Shown here: positions 18,350-28,071 of the stretch, piece after piece
Layout of the letters: every line of letters starts with the position of its first letter
Position numbering within the stretch: position 1 is the stretch's first letter
Program-made: the position numbers and the translations under genes
Assembly: GCA_964344415.1 (NCBI GenBank)
Contig: CAYFMS010000002.1
Location: 128,196 to 192,195, forward strand
Source of the DNA: an uncultured Gammaproteobacteria bacterium
GTDB taxonomy: Bacteria; Patescibacteriota; Patescibacteriia; UBA9934
Direction of reading: 5' to 3'
DNA: 64,000 nucleotides
Notes under the pieces: generated by a model
What the model was told of the DNA's origin: nothing
What the model saw: the letters and a program-made list of their open reading frames with translations, nothing else
The model's database searches: none

Positions 18350-18560
18350 CTGTCGCTTGTGAATGAGCGCTCTTTCGGCTCAGATCTGCGCTACTCGACG
18401 TCGCACCTTTCAGTGCGCCTTACTGCGTGTGCTCGATCTTCACCGAAATAGCATCTCATTCACTTCGCGACCCGGATCGAAATCCTGAGCCTGTCGAAGG
18501 ATCTTTCTGTATCTACAAGCTACCAGCTAAAACCTACCAGCTACTTACTGCGCAACTCGC
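18350..18560 (+). repeat. mosaic intergenic repeat element, copy C (M1-M2-M3-M5)
   Basis: gctgtcgcttgtgaatgagcgctc, hairpin cgcac-ctttca-gtgcg with compensatory substitutions, cacttcgcgacc, and gatcgaaatcctgagcctgtcgaaggatct. Confidence 0.7.
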
Positions 18561-18587
18561 TACAGATCATGATATAATGAATGCATT

Positions 18588-19322
18588 ATGAAAGCGTTCA
18601 AATCTCAGGGTAGCGAAGATACATGCCGCATGCCGCTTACGCCGGCTGAGCGTGAAATGTGCAAGACGCAAAATGGCCAGCAAACGAGAATGTCAGACAT
18701 AACCTGGCGGATTTTTCGCATCATGGCTGAATTTGTGGACGGCTTTCAATTTCTGTCATCCATGTCTCGCGAGGTGACGATTTTTGGATCAGCAAGATTG
18801 CCTGCAGAAAATAAATACTATCAGGAAGCTCGAAAGCTCGGTGCACTTCTGGCGGACGGTGGATTTACGGTTATTACCGGTGGTGGCCCTGGAATCATGG
18901 AAGCGGCAAATCGTGGAGCATATGAAGCTGGCGGAACATCTGTAGGGCTCAATATTCAGCTTCCAATGGAGCAGCGAGTAAACCCATATGTGAATAAGGC
19001 AAAAGCTTTTCATTATTTTTTCACGCGAAAAGTTATGCTCGCGGCGTCAGCGCAGGCCTATGTCTATTTTCCAGGCGGCTTCGGAACAATGGATGAACTT
19101 TTTGAAATTTTAACACTCATTCAAACAGAAAAATCAGAAAAAATTCCTGTTGTATTGGTTGGAAAAGAGTATTTTGGAGGATTAAAAGACTGGATGGACA
19201 AAACAATGCTCGGCACATTCGATGCAATTGATAGAGATGATATGGAATTATTTCATATTGTTGACACAGCAGAGGAGGCATTTAATCTCATAAAAAATTC
19301 TGGTGAGCGCACCTTTTTCTAA
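18588..19322 (+). CDS. LOG-family protein (TIGR00730, cytokinin riboside 5'-monophosphate phosphoribohydrolase-like)
   Basis: Motifs TGGGPGIMEAANRGA and PGGFGTMDEL. The true start may be internal. Confidence 0.75.
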   Translation: MKAFKSQGSEDTCRMPLTPAEREMCKTQNGQQTRMSDITWRIFRIMAEFVDGFQFLSSMSREVTIFGSARLPAENKYYQEARKLGALLADGGFTVITGGGPGIMEAANRGAYEAGGTSVGLNIQLPMEQRVNPYVNKAKAFHYFFTRKVMLAASAQAYVYFPGGFGTMDELFEILTLIQTEKSEKIPVVLVGKEYFGGLKDWMDKTMLGTFDAIDRDDMELFHIVDTAEEAFNLIKNSGERTFF

Positions 19323-19324
19323 TT

Positions 19325-20899
19325 ATGTCAGAATCAATGCTACAACTTGCATCCGCTTTAAAGGAATCTGATGATGTTCGAGCGAAAGAGGGGGAGGAAA
19401 CGATTGAAGTCAGTTTACCGGCGCGAAGTGCGGGAACACTTTATGAAAAAGCCCGAAGTGCGATTGATTATCAGGAAGAACATCTTTTGCGTCGCAATGC
19501 CATTTTGCGCATATTGCGTCGATACATTGGAAGTGACACGCCTGTTCAGGAAATTGCTGAGAAATTATTAAAAGAACTCGTTTGGGCAAAACATCTTCCA
19601 AATAAAGAAGTTCCAACGCGCTTGCAGGAAGAAGTTGTCCCGATTCTCGAAAAATATGAACCGCTTCTTGAGGAAGTGGATGATTTTGATGGAAATGATA
19701 AAGAGCATGCTTTTAAATTTGTTCTCGATGCATTATCGACAGAAATTGAATACGCCGTAACGCCTCCGCTTGGTGATGAAGCCTTGGTTAGTTACATGTA
19801 TCAGGAAATGATGCCACGCATTGAATGGGATAGAAATATCATTTTGACCGATGAGCAAAAGGATTTGCTTACCTATATTGCCATTCATAGGACACTCCTG
19901 AAATCGAATAAGGCGACATTGCGTTTTCGTGTTTTGACGCTTTATTATCCAGACTGGCCAGGCGCATCAACTGCAGAGCGCATCGAGGATGTAAAAACGC
20001 ATTTAATGCATGTCATTGAAACAGTGGATAGCGATATCGAACATCCCGTTATTGAGAAGTTATCAATGCAGCTTCGTCGAAAGGCGGGTGTGTTTCATGT
20101 ATTGCGTGAAGCGATCGATCAAGATCCTGAAGAATTGCCGCGACTCATTGACGATCCAGGATTAATGGACCGGCTCATTGCAAGAACATTAAAAAAGCGC
20201 ACGGCTGAATTCCGTAAACGTCTTCGTAGGACGGTATCTCGATCCATTATCTTCCTCCTGATCACGAAGAGTATTTTTGCACTTATTATCGAGCTTCCGT
20301 ATGAATTGCTCGTTCTCGATAAAATCATTTACGGTCCGCTTGCAGTAAATATTCTCTTCCCGCCAATTCTCCTTGCTGTTATTGCGCTTACCATAGGAAT
20401 TCCTGAACGAAAGAATGCCAAGGACTATCAGGAAGCTGTGCGTGCGCTTTTGGTTGGTACCGATCATGAACATCTTAATGTCCGATTAAAGCGAAGTACA
20501 TTTTCAAAATGGAGTATTTTCTTCAATGTGATTTATGCATTGACCTATTTGATTGTGTACGGCGGTATTGCAATTATCCTTGCAAATCTTCACTTCACTT
20601 GGGTGTCGATTATGCTCTTCCTCTTCTTCCTTTCTCTTGTTGCATTCTTTGGAATCCGCGTTCGATTCTCAACAAGAGATATTATTGTTTCAAGTACAAG
20701 AAGAGGGATATTCGGAACTATTTTCGACATCTTTATGATTCCGGTTGTCAGGGCTGGACGTTGGCTATCGACGAATGTCGCGAAAATAAATGTTTTCATC
20801 TATTTCTTTGATTTTATTCTAGAAGCGCCGGTGAAGGTTGCGATTCAATTCTTTGACAGTTGGATGGATTATATTAGAGAAAAACGGGAGGAAATATGA
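19325..20899 (+). CDS. hypothetical protein with a soluble N-terminal half and a C-terminal polytopic membrane domain
   Basis: 524 aa with four or more TM helices after residue 300. No family recognised. Confidence 0.5.
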   Translation: MSESMLQLASALKESDDVRAKEGEETIEVSLPARSAGTLYEKARSAIDYQEEHLLRRNAILRILRRYIGSDTPVQEIAEKLLKELVWAKHLPNKEVPTRLQEEVVPILEKYEPLLEEVDDFDGNDKEHAFKFVLDALSTEIEYAVTPPLGDEALVSYMYQEMMPRIEWDRNIILTDEQKDLLTYIAIHRTLLKSNKATLRFRVLTLYYPDWPGASTAERIEDVKTHLMHVIETVDSDIEHPVIEKLSMQLRRKAGVFHVLREAIDQDPEELPRLIDDPGLMDRLIARTLKKRTAEFRKRLRRTVSRSIIFLLITKSIFALIIELPYELLVLDKIIYGPLAVNILFPPILLAVIALTIGIPERKNAKDYQEAVRALLVGTDHEHLNVRLKRSTFSKWSIFFNVIYALTYLIVYGGIAIILANLHFTWVSIMLFLFFLSLVAFFGIRVRFSTRDIIVSSTRRGIFGTIFDIFMIPVVRAGRWLSTNVAKINVFIYFFDFILEAPVKVAIQFFDSWMDYIREKREEI

Positions 20900-21894
20900 G
20901 GAAAAAGAAATTTTTTGGAGCTATCGCAGGACTCATTATTACTGTCCTCATTTTTGCTTTTTTGAGCATATTCATTGGAACTCCAAAAAATCAAATTATT
21001 GGTGCTACATTTTCCGTGCATTATGCGGAAGAATTGGGTCTTGATTGGCAAGAAATGTATATTGCATCACTCGAAGAACTTGAACTAAACCATTTGCGCA
21101 TTCCGGTATATTGGAATCGAATTGAATTTCAACCGGGTGATTATCTCTGGGAGGAAATCGATTTCATGATGGATGAAGCAGCGGCGCGCAATGTTGATAT
21201 TACGCTTGCAATTGGGCAGAAAGTGCCTCGATGGCCGGAATGTTTTGTGCCAGCTTGGGCTGAGGGGTATGAGGAGGATGATCGTCAAAGTGCCTTGCTC
21301 TCATTTATCGCAGCTACGACGGATAAGTACAAAGATCATCCGGCCCTTGATCGCTGGCAAATTGAAAATGAGGCGCAATTTCCATTTGGTGAATGTGATC
21401 CGCTTGGTCCAGCATTTGTAAACGAAGAAATAAAAACCGTGAAAGATATTGATGCTAGTACGGATATTCAAGTCACGGCAAGTGGCGAGCAGGCCTTGTG
21501 GCTCTTTCGGTCTTTACAGGGGGATATCGTGGGAGTGAGCCTCTATCGAACTGTGAAAAATGAATTGGGAACAATAACATTCCCGCATTCGCCATTCTTT
21601 TATCGCGTGCAGGCTTTGATTTCACGGCCATTTTCTCGAGTCATCATATCTGAATTGCAGGCAGAGCCATGGGGCATTCATTCCTACAGTATTCCGGAAG
21701 ACGAAAGCGCATCTGAAGCATATGAATCATTCACAGCGCGAGATTTAACGGCGCATGTTGAGTTTGCGCGCGCGACGAAACTCGATGAAGTGTATTTGTG
21801 GGGAATTGAGTGGTGGTACTTGCTACATGTAAATGGTGATTCCAGGCTATGGGATCATGGAAAAAATCTAATACGAGCATGGAATAGCTATTAG
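20896..21894 (+). CDS. putative glycoside hydrolase (clan GH-A, cellulase-like TIM barrel)
   Basis: Signal or TM segment, and a WQIENEAQ motif (NEP/ENE catalytic acid context). Confidence 0.4.
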   Translation: MRKKKFFGAIAGLIITVLIFAFLSIFIGTPKNQIIGATFSVHYAEELGLDWQEMYIASLEELELNHLRIPVYWNRIEFQPGDYLWEEIDFMMDEAAARNVDITLAIGQKVPRWPECFVPAWAEGYEEDDRQSALLSFIAATTDKYKDHPALDRWQIENEAQFPFGECDPLGPAFVNEEIKTVKDIDASTDIQVTASGEQALWLFRSLQGDIVGVSLYRTVKNELGTITFPHSPFFYRVQALISRPFSRVIISELQAEPWGIHSYSIPEDESASEAYESFTARDLTAHVEFARATKLDEVYLWGIEWWYLLHVNGDSRLWDHGKNLIRAWNSY

Positions 21895-21895
21895 T

Positions 21896-23287
21896 ATGAA
21901 GAAATATGACATTGTCATTATCGGGTCCGGAGCGGCAGGCTTTCCGGCGGCAGAAGCAGCGAGCCGTGCTGGTAAAACAGCTTGCATGATTGAAGCAGGT
22001 GAGCTTGGCGGCGAATGCCCAAATTGGGCTTGCATTCCAACGAAAGCGCTTTTAAAGGCGGTTCGAATGTATACACTTGCAAAAAGCGACTTGAGTGAAT
22101 TTGGAGTGAATGTGTCGAATATTTCGTATGATTTTAAGAAAATGATGCAGTACCGCCATCATGTCGTTGATACGATCACGGATGGTGGAAAGAGAACAGA
22201 AGCTCTTCTGAAAAAACTTGGCGTCGATCTTGTTCGCGGATTTGCTGTTTTTAAAGATGATCACACTGTCATCGTGAATGAAGAAGAAATAGAAGGAAAG
22301 GTGATCGTGATTGCGACGGGAGCTACGGATTTTGTACCTCCAATCGCTGGTATTCAGGAAATAGGATACTGGAATTATCAAGATGCCGTTACGGCTGAAG
22401 AACAACCAAAAAGCCTCGCCATTATTGGGGCAGGTCCCGTTGGATGTGAATTTACCACTATCTATTCGGGTATTGGGACAAAGGTGACACTTATAGATCA
22501 CGGAGATCATATCTTGGGCCGTGAAGAGCCGGAGATCGCTCAAATCGTTCATGACGCATTCACGGAAAAAGGCGTCGACATTGTGAATAAGGGGGCGGTA
22601 CTTTCCGTGCAACATGATCGCGGGAAAATACTTTTGACCTATCAAAAAGAGGGCTCAGAATCGGAAGATATATATGTAGATAAGATAATGCTTGCAGCAG
22701 GAAAGCGAGCGAATATTCATAAAATGGGTCTTGATCGCACTGGTGTGCAGGTTGACGAAAGGGGTCGGCTCATTCTTTCTGAATCCTTGCAAACAACAGT
22801 TCCGCATATTTTTGCGGCCGGAGATGTAACATCGAATATGATGTTCACGCATACGGCGCATCATGAAGGTGCCATTGTCGCAGAGAATGTTTTGGAATTG
22901 TTGAGCGGGGGAAATGACATGCAAAAAAGAGATTTAGGTATTGTGCCACGCGTGACATTTACGCATCCAGAAGTTGCTTCCGTGGGCATGACTTTGCAAG
23001 AAGCAAAGAAAAAAGGAGGGGTTATGATGGGGCAATTTGAAATGGCATCGCTTGGCAGAAGTGTGACGGAAGCGGTGCGTACAGGGCTTGTTCAAATTAT
23101 TACAGATGAAAAAGGACTCATTCTTGGCGGACATATTGCCGGACCGCATGCGGGGGAAATGATTCATGAAATAGCCATCGCAATGAAAGCAAAAATGAAA
23201 GCAGAGGATTTGGGGAATACCATTCATGCATTCCCAACATTCAGCGAAGCAATTGTAGCGGCTGCAGCAATGGTTCAGCAAATATGA
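21896..23287 (+). CDS. pyridine nucleotide-disulfide oxidoreductase (dihydrolipoyl dehydrogenase-like)
   Basis: FAD-binding GSGAAG and the redox centre GGECPNWACIPTK. A second Rossmann fold is present. 463 aa. Confidence 0.75.
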   Translation: MKKYDIVIIGSGAAGFPAAEAASRAGKTACMIEAGELGGECPNWACIPTKALLKAVRMYTLAKSDLSEFGVNVSNISYDFKKMMQYRHHVVDTITDGGKRTEALLKKLGVDLVRGFAVFKDDHTVIVNEEEIEGKVIVIATGATDFVPPIAGIQEIGYWNYQDAVTAEEQPKSLAIIGAGPVGCEFTTIYSGIGTKVTLIDHGDHILGREEPEIAQIVHDAFTEKGVDIVNKGAVLSVQHDRGKILLTYQKEGSESEDIYVDKIMLAAGKRANIHKMGLDRTGVQVDERGRLILSESLQTTVPHIFAAGDVTSNMMFTHTAHHEGAIVAENVLELLSGGNDMQKRDLGIVPRVTFTHPEVASVGMTLQEAKKKGGVMMGQFEMASLGRSVTEAVRTGLVQIITDEKGLILGGHIAGPHAGEMIHEIAIAMKAKMKAEDLGNTIHAFPTFSEAIVAAAAMVQQI

Positions 23288-23841
23288 TCGTGTCGATTAT
23301 TATTTTATTTGCACTTCTTGCTATTGCGCTTCTCATGCTTATTTTTGTTTTCGCATTTACGTCGAGCATTCTTTTTGGTGCTCCGTATGTTGGAACCAGA
23401 AGTGAAGTTGCACATGGGATGCTTGAAACGGTCGGTGCTGGTAAGGATGATGTCGTTCTAGACGTCGGATGCGGTCTTGGAAATATTTTACGGTCTGCAC
23501 TTGATGATTTTCATGTAAAAAAAGTGATTGGCATTGACGTGAATCCATTTATTTTGCTTCTTACACGTTTCAGATTTCGAAAGGCTATTAAAAATGGCAG
23601 GGCGGAGTTTTATCGTGCAGATCTTCGGAGAATGAAAAAGCATTCTGATGTCACAATTGTTACGACATATCTTCTTTCTGGATTGATGGCAGAGATGCCA
23701 AGAGTACTCAAAGCGCGCGTCCCGACATCTGCAACATTTATTTCTCATGGATTCAAAATTCCCGGCATTGATCCAGAAAAGGAACTTCGAGTCGAGAATG
23801 CAAGAATGTTCATTTATAATATGCATGCTGTGGTAGAATAG
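23284..23841 (+). CDS. class I SAM-dependent methyltransferase, membrane-anchored
   Basis: N-terminal TM helix and the motif LDVGCGLG. Confidence 0.55.
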   Translation: MIVSIIILFALLAIALLMLIFVFAFTSSILFGAPYVGTRSEVAHGMLETVGAGKDDVVLDVGCGLGNILRSALDDFHVKKVIGIDVNPFILLLTRFRFRKAIKNGRAEFYRADLRRMKKHSDVTIVTTYLLSGLMAEMPRVLKARVPTSATFISHGFKIPGIDPEKELRVENARMFIYNMHAVVE

Positions 23842-23848
23842 TTCTGAT

Positions 23849-24430
23849 ATGAAAGGGGAAGTGGTACTTGATATTGAAACAAAAAATACGTTTCAAGATG
23901 TCGGGGGATATTTTACAGATAAGCTGGAAGTATCTGTTGTCGTTGCCTATTATTATGATTCTGATGAATATGAATCATATCTTGAGTCAGATTTGCCAAA
24001 GCTCTTTAAGAGGCTCGAGCATGCATCGCGGATTATAGGTTTCAATAGTAAGCATTTTGATATGCCTGTACTTAACAATTACTATGCGGGTGATTTACTG
24101 CAGATTCCACAGCTAGATATGCTTGAAAAGGTTCAGGCATCGCTTGGTCACCGTTTAAAATTGGATTCAATTGCATCATCAACGCTTGGAACGAAAAAAA
24201 GCGCACATGGCTTACTTGCTGTGAAGTGGTGGAAAGAAGGAAAGATTCAAGAAATCATAGATTATTGTCAGCAGGATGTGAAAGTGACGAAGGATGTGTA
24301 TGATTTTGGTCTTGAAAAAGGTTATGTTTTATTCGATGATAGGACTGGAGAGCGAAGGCAGGCATTTGTTGATTTTGCCGATGCAAATCAGGAACAAGAA
24401 GCGGTGCTCAATTTAACACTAGGATTTTAA
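23849..24430 (+). CDS. DEDD-type 3'-5' exonuclease domain protein
   Basis: LDIETKN, GFNSKHFDMPVL, and YCQQDV motifs (Exo I, II and III). Confidence 0.6.
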   Translation: MKGEVVLDIETKNTFQDVGGYFTDKLEVSVVVAYYYDSDEYESYLESDLPKLFKRLEHASRIIGFNSKHFDMPVLNNYYAGDLLQIPQLDMLEKVQASLGHRLKLDSIASSTLGTKKSAHGLLAVKWWKEGKIQEIIDYCQQDVKVTKDVYDFGLEKGYVLFDDRTGERRQAFVDFADANQEQEAVLNLTLGF

Positions 24431-24441
24431 TCAATTATTTT

Positions 24442-24780
24442 ATGAAAAAAGAAGGTTTACAAATTTGGGATATCATTGTGCTTTTTCCACTCATTTTTAT
24501 GGGGCTGGTTATTCTTATGCTTATTGTTGTTGCACAGCAGGCTGCGATAGGAAATGTACCGACAGAATCTGCCGCATTGACATATGGTTCACTTGTTGGT
24601 CTTGGATATGTGCTCACAATTGTATCGATGTTTGCATCGTATTTTTATGCCATTCACCGCATGTATACTCGAACATCGCTTGACGACAAGTCGAAGCTGT
24701 TCTGGCTTTGGATGATCGCACTTTTCAGTCCGATATCCATTCCAATCTTGCATTTTAAGCATCTTCGAGACCTGAATTAG
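24442..24780 (+). CDS. hypothetical membrane protein
   Basis: 112 aa with three predicted TM segments. Confidence 0.4.
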   Translation: MKKEGLQIWDIIVLFPLIFMGLVILMLIVVAQQAAIGNVPTESAALTYGSLVGLGYVLTIVSMFASYFYAIHRMYTRTSLDDKSKLFWLWMIALFSPISIPILHFKHLRDLN

Positions 24781-24846
24781 TCCTGAAAATGAAAGGTTTT
24801 TGACAGCGGCTTTACAATCATTTTTTTGCTGTTATACTTCGCGATT

Positions 24847-25278
24847 ATGACCATAGACCAAGCAATACAATTATTGATGGATGGCGATCCAATTGTGATT
24901 AGCGATAAGACATTCCATGCGACAAACCTTGAACAAATCCGTCTTAAAACGGGCGAAATGATTTATTTAGCAAAAGATGATCATGATGTTTGGGTTGGAC
25001 TCGATGCCAATTCAGATGAGGTGACGCTTTATCAAGAGCTGGAAGAGGGTATAGATGCTTCGGAAGATGTTTTGGTATATTCAGGCGATGACTTCGAGCT
25101 TTCTCTTGAGAGCGATGGATCAGTGATTGAGGGCGATGAGACTATTGATGATATTTCTATTCGAGATTTTGAATCTGGTTCCGGCCAGCGCATGCGTGTT
25201 ATTGAATACAATGTCAGCGGTGAAACAATTGGAATGATTGGAAGAATTGTCGCGGAAGAAGAATTACAGGGGGTTTAG
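24847..25278 (+). CDS. acidic hypothetical protein
   Basis: Begins MTIDQAIQLL. Highly acidic. Lies upstream of PBP2. Confidence 0.4.
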   Translation: MTIDQAIQLLMDGDPIVISDKTFHATNLEQIRLKTGEMIYLAKDDHDVWVGLDANSDEVTLYQELEEGIDASEDVLVYSGDDFELSLESDGSVIEGDETIDDISIRDFESGSGQRMRVIEYNVSGETIGMIGRIVAEEELQGV

Positions 25279-25343
25279 GGAGATGCGTTGAACCCTATCT
25301 GTCCGTCATCGACTACTAACTATCATCACTTTCTACTCCCTAA

Positions 25344-27245
25344 TTGCTGCTGTATAATGCCTGCATGGCTTGGGGAAGAAAAACCAAAAATATACCGCCA
25401 GCCGATATTCGGATGAAAATCATCCGAACTATCTTTATTGCATCTGCCATTATCCTCATCGCACGTCTTTTTATGATTCAAGTGGCGGATGCGGCATTTT
25501 ATCGAACGCTCGCTGAGGGTCAGCATTCATTCGAAGCAGAATTATTTGCAGAGCGTGGCGACATTCTTATACGAGATTGGGTGGATGATATTGAGTATAA
25601 AGCTGCGACAAATACACGAACAGCACTTGTGTATGCGGAGCCGTCGCGTATCACCAATCCCGACATTGCTGCCCGTAAATTAAGTGCCATTTTTGATTAT
25701 GAAGTTCCTCGAGAATATGATGAGCAATCAAGTTCGTCGATTTTTGATGGGCTTGATATTGTTGAAGATGAACCAATCGAAGAAGAGGCGGTGGATGAGA
25801 ACCCAGAGACGGAGATTGAAAATCCATTTGAGGATTTTGAAACATTATTAGCTCGCTTATCCAAAGAAGATGATCCGTATGAACCTCTGAAGCGCGGTGT
25901 GAGCGAAGATGACCTTGACCGCATTCTTGCACTCGAAATCACTGGCATTGGTTATCTATTTGAAAATTCGCGCATGTATCCAGAAGAGAATATCGGAGGT
26001 CATATTTTTGGATTTTTGGGGCAGGACAATGAAGGAAATCCCAAGGGTCAATATGGAATTGAGGGCTATGAAGATGAATTCTTGGCTGGCGTGAATGGAT
26101 ATTTAGACTCAATCACCGACCCTTCAGGTAGATGGATTGGCGTGGGTAGTCGCTCATTTGAACCTGCGATAGACGGAGGTGATATTTTGCTGACCATTGA
26201 TCGCACGGTCCAGTATATTGCTTGTAATGCACTTCGTGATGGAGTCGAGCGCTATCAGGCTGATGCGGGTGCTGTCATTATTATAGAACCGTCATCAGGT
26301 CGAATTATTGCCATGTGCAGCGCTCCAGACTTTGATGCAAATACATATAATGAGGTGGAAGATATTTCGGTTTACAATAATCTTGCAGTGACGCATACAT
26401 ATGAACCGGGGTCCATTTTCAAACCGATTATTATGGCTGCAGCGATTGACGCGGGTACGGTGACTCCAACGACACTTTATAATGATACGGGTGAAGAGAA
26501 AATTGACCGTTTCACCATTCGAAATTCAGATCATGAATCGCATGGATGGCAAACAATGACAGATGTGCTTGCTAAATCCCTCAATACGGGGATGATTTTT
26601 GCAATGCGAGCGCTTGGAATGGAGCCAATGCTTGGCTATATCGAAGATTTTGGATTTGGTAAAAAGACGGGAATAGAATTACCGGCAGAGCGATCGGGAG
26701 ACATCTCATCCCTCGATATTGTTTCGGAAATTTTCTATGCGACGGCAAGTTATGGTCAAGGAATCACGGCGACGCCAATGCAAATGGCGGTGGCATATAG
26801 TGCTCTTGCCAATGGTGGTGATATTATGCGTCCGTATATCATTGAAGAAAAGAGACATTCGAGTGGATTCACGGAAACGACGCCGGTACATAAAGTACGA
26901 AATGCCATTTCGAGTAAAACGGCAACGACTGTCGGGGCCATGATGGTACAGGTAATCGAAGAAGGGCATGGTAATTTGGCTGGTGTTCCGGGATACTATT
27001 TGGCTGGGAAAACAGGAACAGCGCAGGTGGTGAAAGAGGGTTCAACTGTTTATGATGCGAATCACACAAAGGCATCCTTCGCTGGATTTGGTCCTGTTGA
27101 AAATCCTCAATTTGCTATGGTAGTTATGCTCGATCACCCCAAAACATCTCCATGGGCATCGGGTACCGCTGCGCCAATTTGGGGAGAAATTGCTGATTTT
27201 ATGCTTCAATATTTTGAAATAGCTCCAACCAGGGAAGTGAATTAA
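25344..27245 (+). CDS. penicillin-binding protein 2/FtsI-type peptidoglycan D,D-transpeptidase
   Basis: SxxK as GSIFKP, SxN as KSLNTG, and KTGT. There is an N-terminal TM segment and a ~70-aa acidic insertion. Confidence 0.85.
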   Translation: MLLYNACMAWGRKTKNIPPADIRMKIIRTIFIASAIILIARLFMIQVADAAFYRTLAEGQHSFEAELFAERGDILIRDWVDDIEYKAATNTRTALVYAEPSRITNPDIAARKLSAIFDYEVPREYDEQSSSSIFDGLDIVEDEPIEEEAVDENPETEIENPFEDFETLLARLSKEDDPYEPLKRGVSEDDLDRILALEITGIGYLFENSRMYPEENIGGHIFGFLGQDNEGNPKGQYGIEGYEDEFLAGVNGYLDSITDPSGRWIGVGSRSFEPAIDGGDILLTIDRTVQYIACNALRDGVERYQADAGAVIIIEPSSGRIIAMCSAPDFDANTYNEVEDISVYNNLAVTHTYEPGSIFKPIIMAAAIDAGTVTPTTLYNDTGEEKIDRFTIRNSDHESHGWQTMTDVLAKSLNTGMIFAMRALGMEPMLGYIEDFGFGKKTGIELPAERSGDISSLDIVSEIFYATASYGQGITATPMQMAVAYSALANGGDIMRPYIIEEKRHSSGFTETTPVHKVRNAISSKTATTVGAMMVQVIEEGHGNLAGVPGYYLAGKTGTAQVVKEGSTVYDANHTKASFAGFGPVENPQFAMVVMLDHPKTSPWASGTAAPIWGEIADFMLQYFEIAPTREVN

Positions 27246-27246
27246 T

Positions 27247-28071
27247 ATGAAAAAAATCATTATACCCCTTATACTCATTACTCTTGGTGCCGGTTCACTT
27301 TATATTTTGCGGCAAGGCGGAGCTGAAAAAACCGTGCCAGATATTCAGCTAACAACGGCAGGGCCGGTCTTAAAATCTGCGGAATCATATGGACGGACAT
27401 CGAGAATGGCATATGATGTTTTTTATAGAGATAGTTATGAAAATGCGCCCGTGGCATTTTTAATACATGGCGGGTCCAATGGATCTGGCGTAAAGGAAAC
27501 ACTCGAGCCGATGGTTGATATGTATACGGATCTAGGATTTGCTGCGGTACTTGTTGAATATAGGACGGGACGACAAAATGCGCTTGTCGATATTCCATGT
27601 GCCGTTTCGCATTTCAGTTTGCAAGCTGAAGAATTTGGTGTAAATCCTGAAGCCTCAATTATTCACGGTTTTTCATTTGGTGGGAATAATAGTTCGAATA
27701 TTGTTTTCACGGATAATTACGATTGGACATCATCCTGCAGTGTTGATCAGAATGATTCTGAGGTACTCGCATTTATTGGGCATAGTGCGAATAATCTTGG
27801 GCATCAAGGTCCGCGTGGAGCTTTCGATAAAATCAGTAAAAATGACCCACCAACACTTCTTCTTTTTGGCGCGGATGATCCAGACCTAAATCCTTCGGAG
27901 CCGCAATCATTCATTGATCGTTTGTATGAAAAGGGGATTGATGGGCAACTCGAAATCATTGATGGGATTGGACATGGTCCATCGGGACATCTCCAGAATG
28001 CAGAAATTACATCTATCATTCAGGAATTTTCAATGGATATACTAAATGAATATGCGAACATTATTGATTAA
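27247..28071 (+). CDS. alpha/beta hydrolase (esterase/lipase-like)
   Basis: Signal peptide, an HGGS oxyanion-hole motif, and the nucleophile elbow GFSFGG. Confidence 0.6.
   Translation: MKKIIIPLILITLGAGSLYILRQGGAEKTVPDIQLTTAGPVLKSAESYGRTSRMAYDVFYRDSYENAPVAFLIHGGSNGSGVKETLEPMVDMYTDLGFAAVLVEYRTGRQNALVDIPCAVSHFSLQAEEFGVNPEASIIHGFSFGGNNSSNIVFTDNYDWTSSCSVDQNDSEVLAFIGHSANNLGHQGPRGAFDKISKNDPPTLLLFGADDPDLNPSEPQSFIDRLYEKGIDGQLEIIDGIGHGPSGHLQNAEITSIIQEFSMDILNEYANIID

Noticed and set aside
22052-23281. Antisense ORFs inside the lpd-like gene (22052..22645, 22655..22924, 22934..23281), inside alaS (47273..47744), and similar
   Set aside because: They lie opposite strong conserved-domain CDSs, have no RBS, and have odd compositions.
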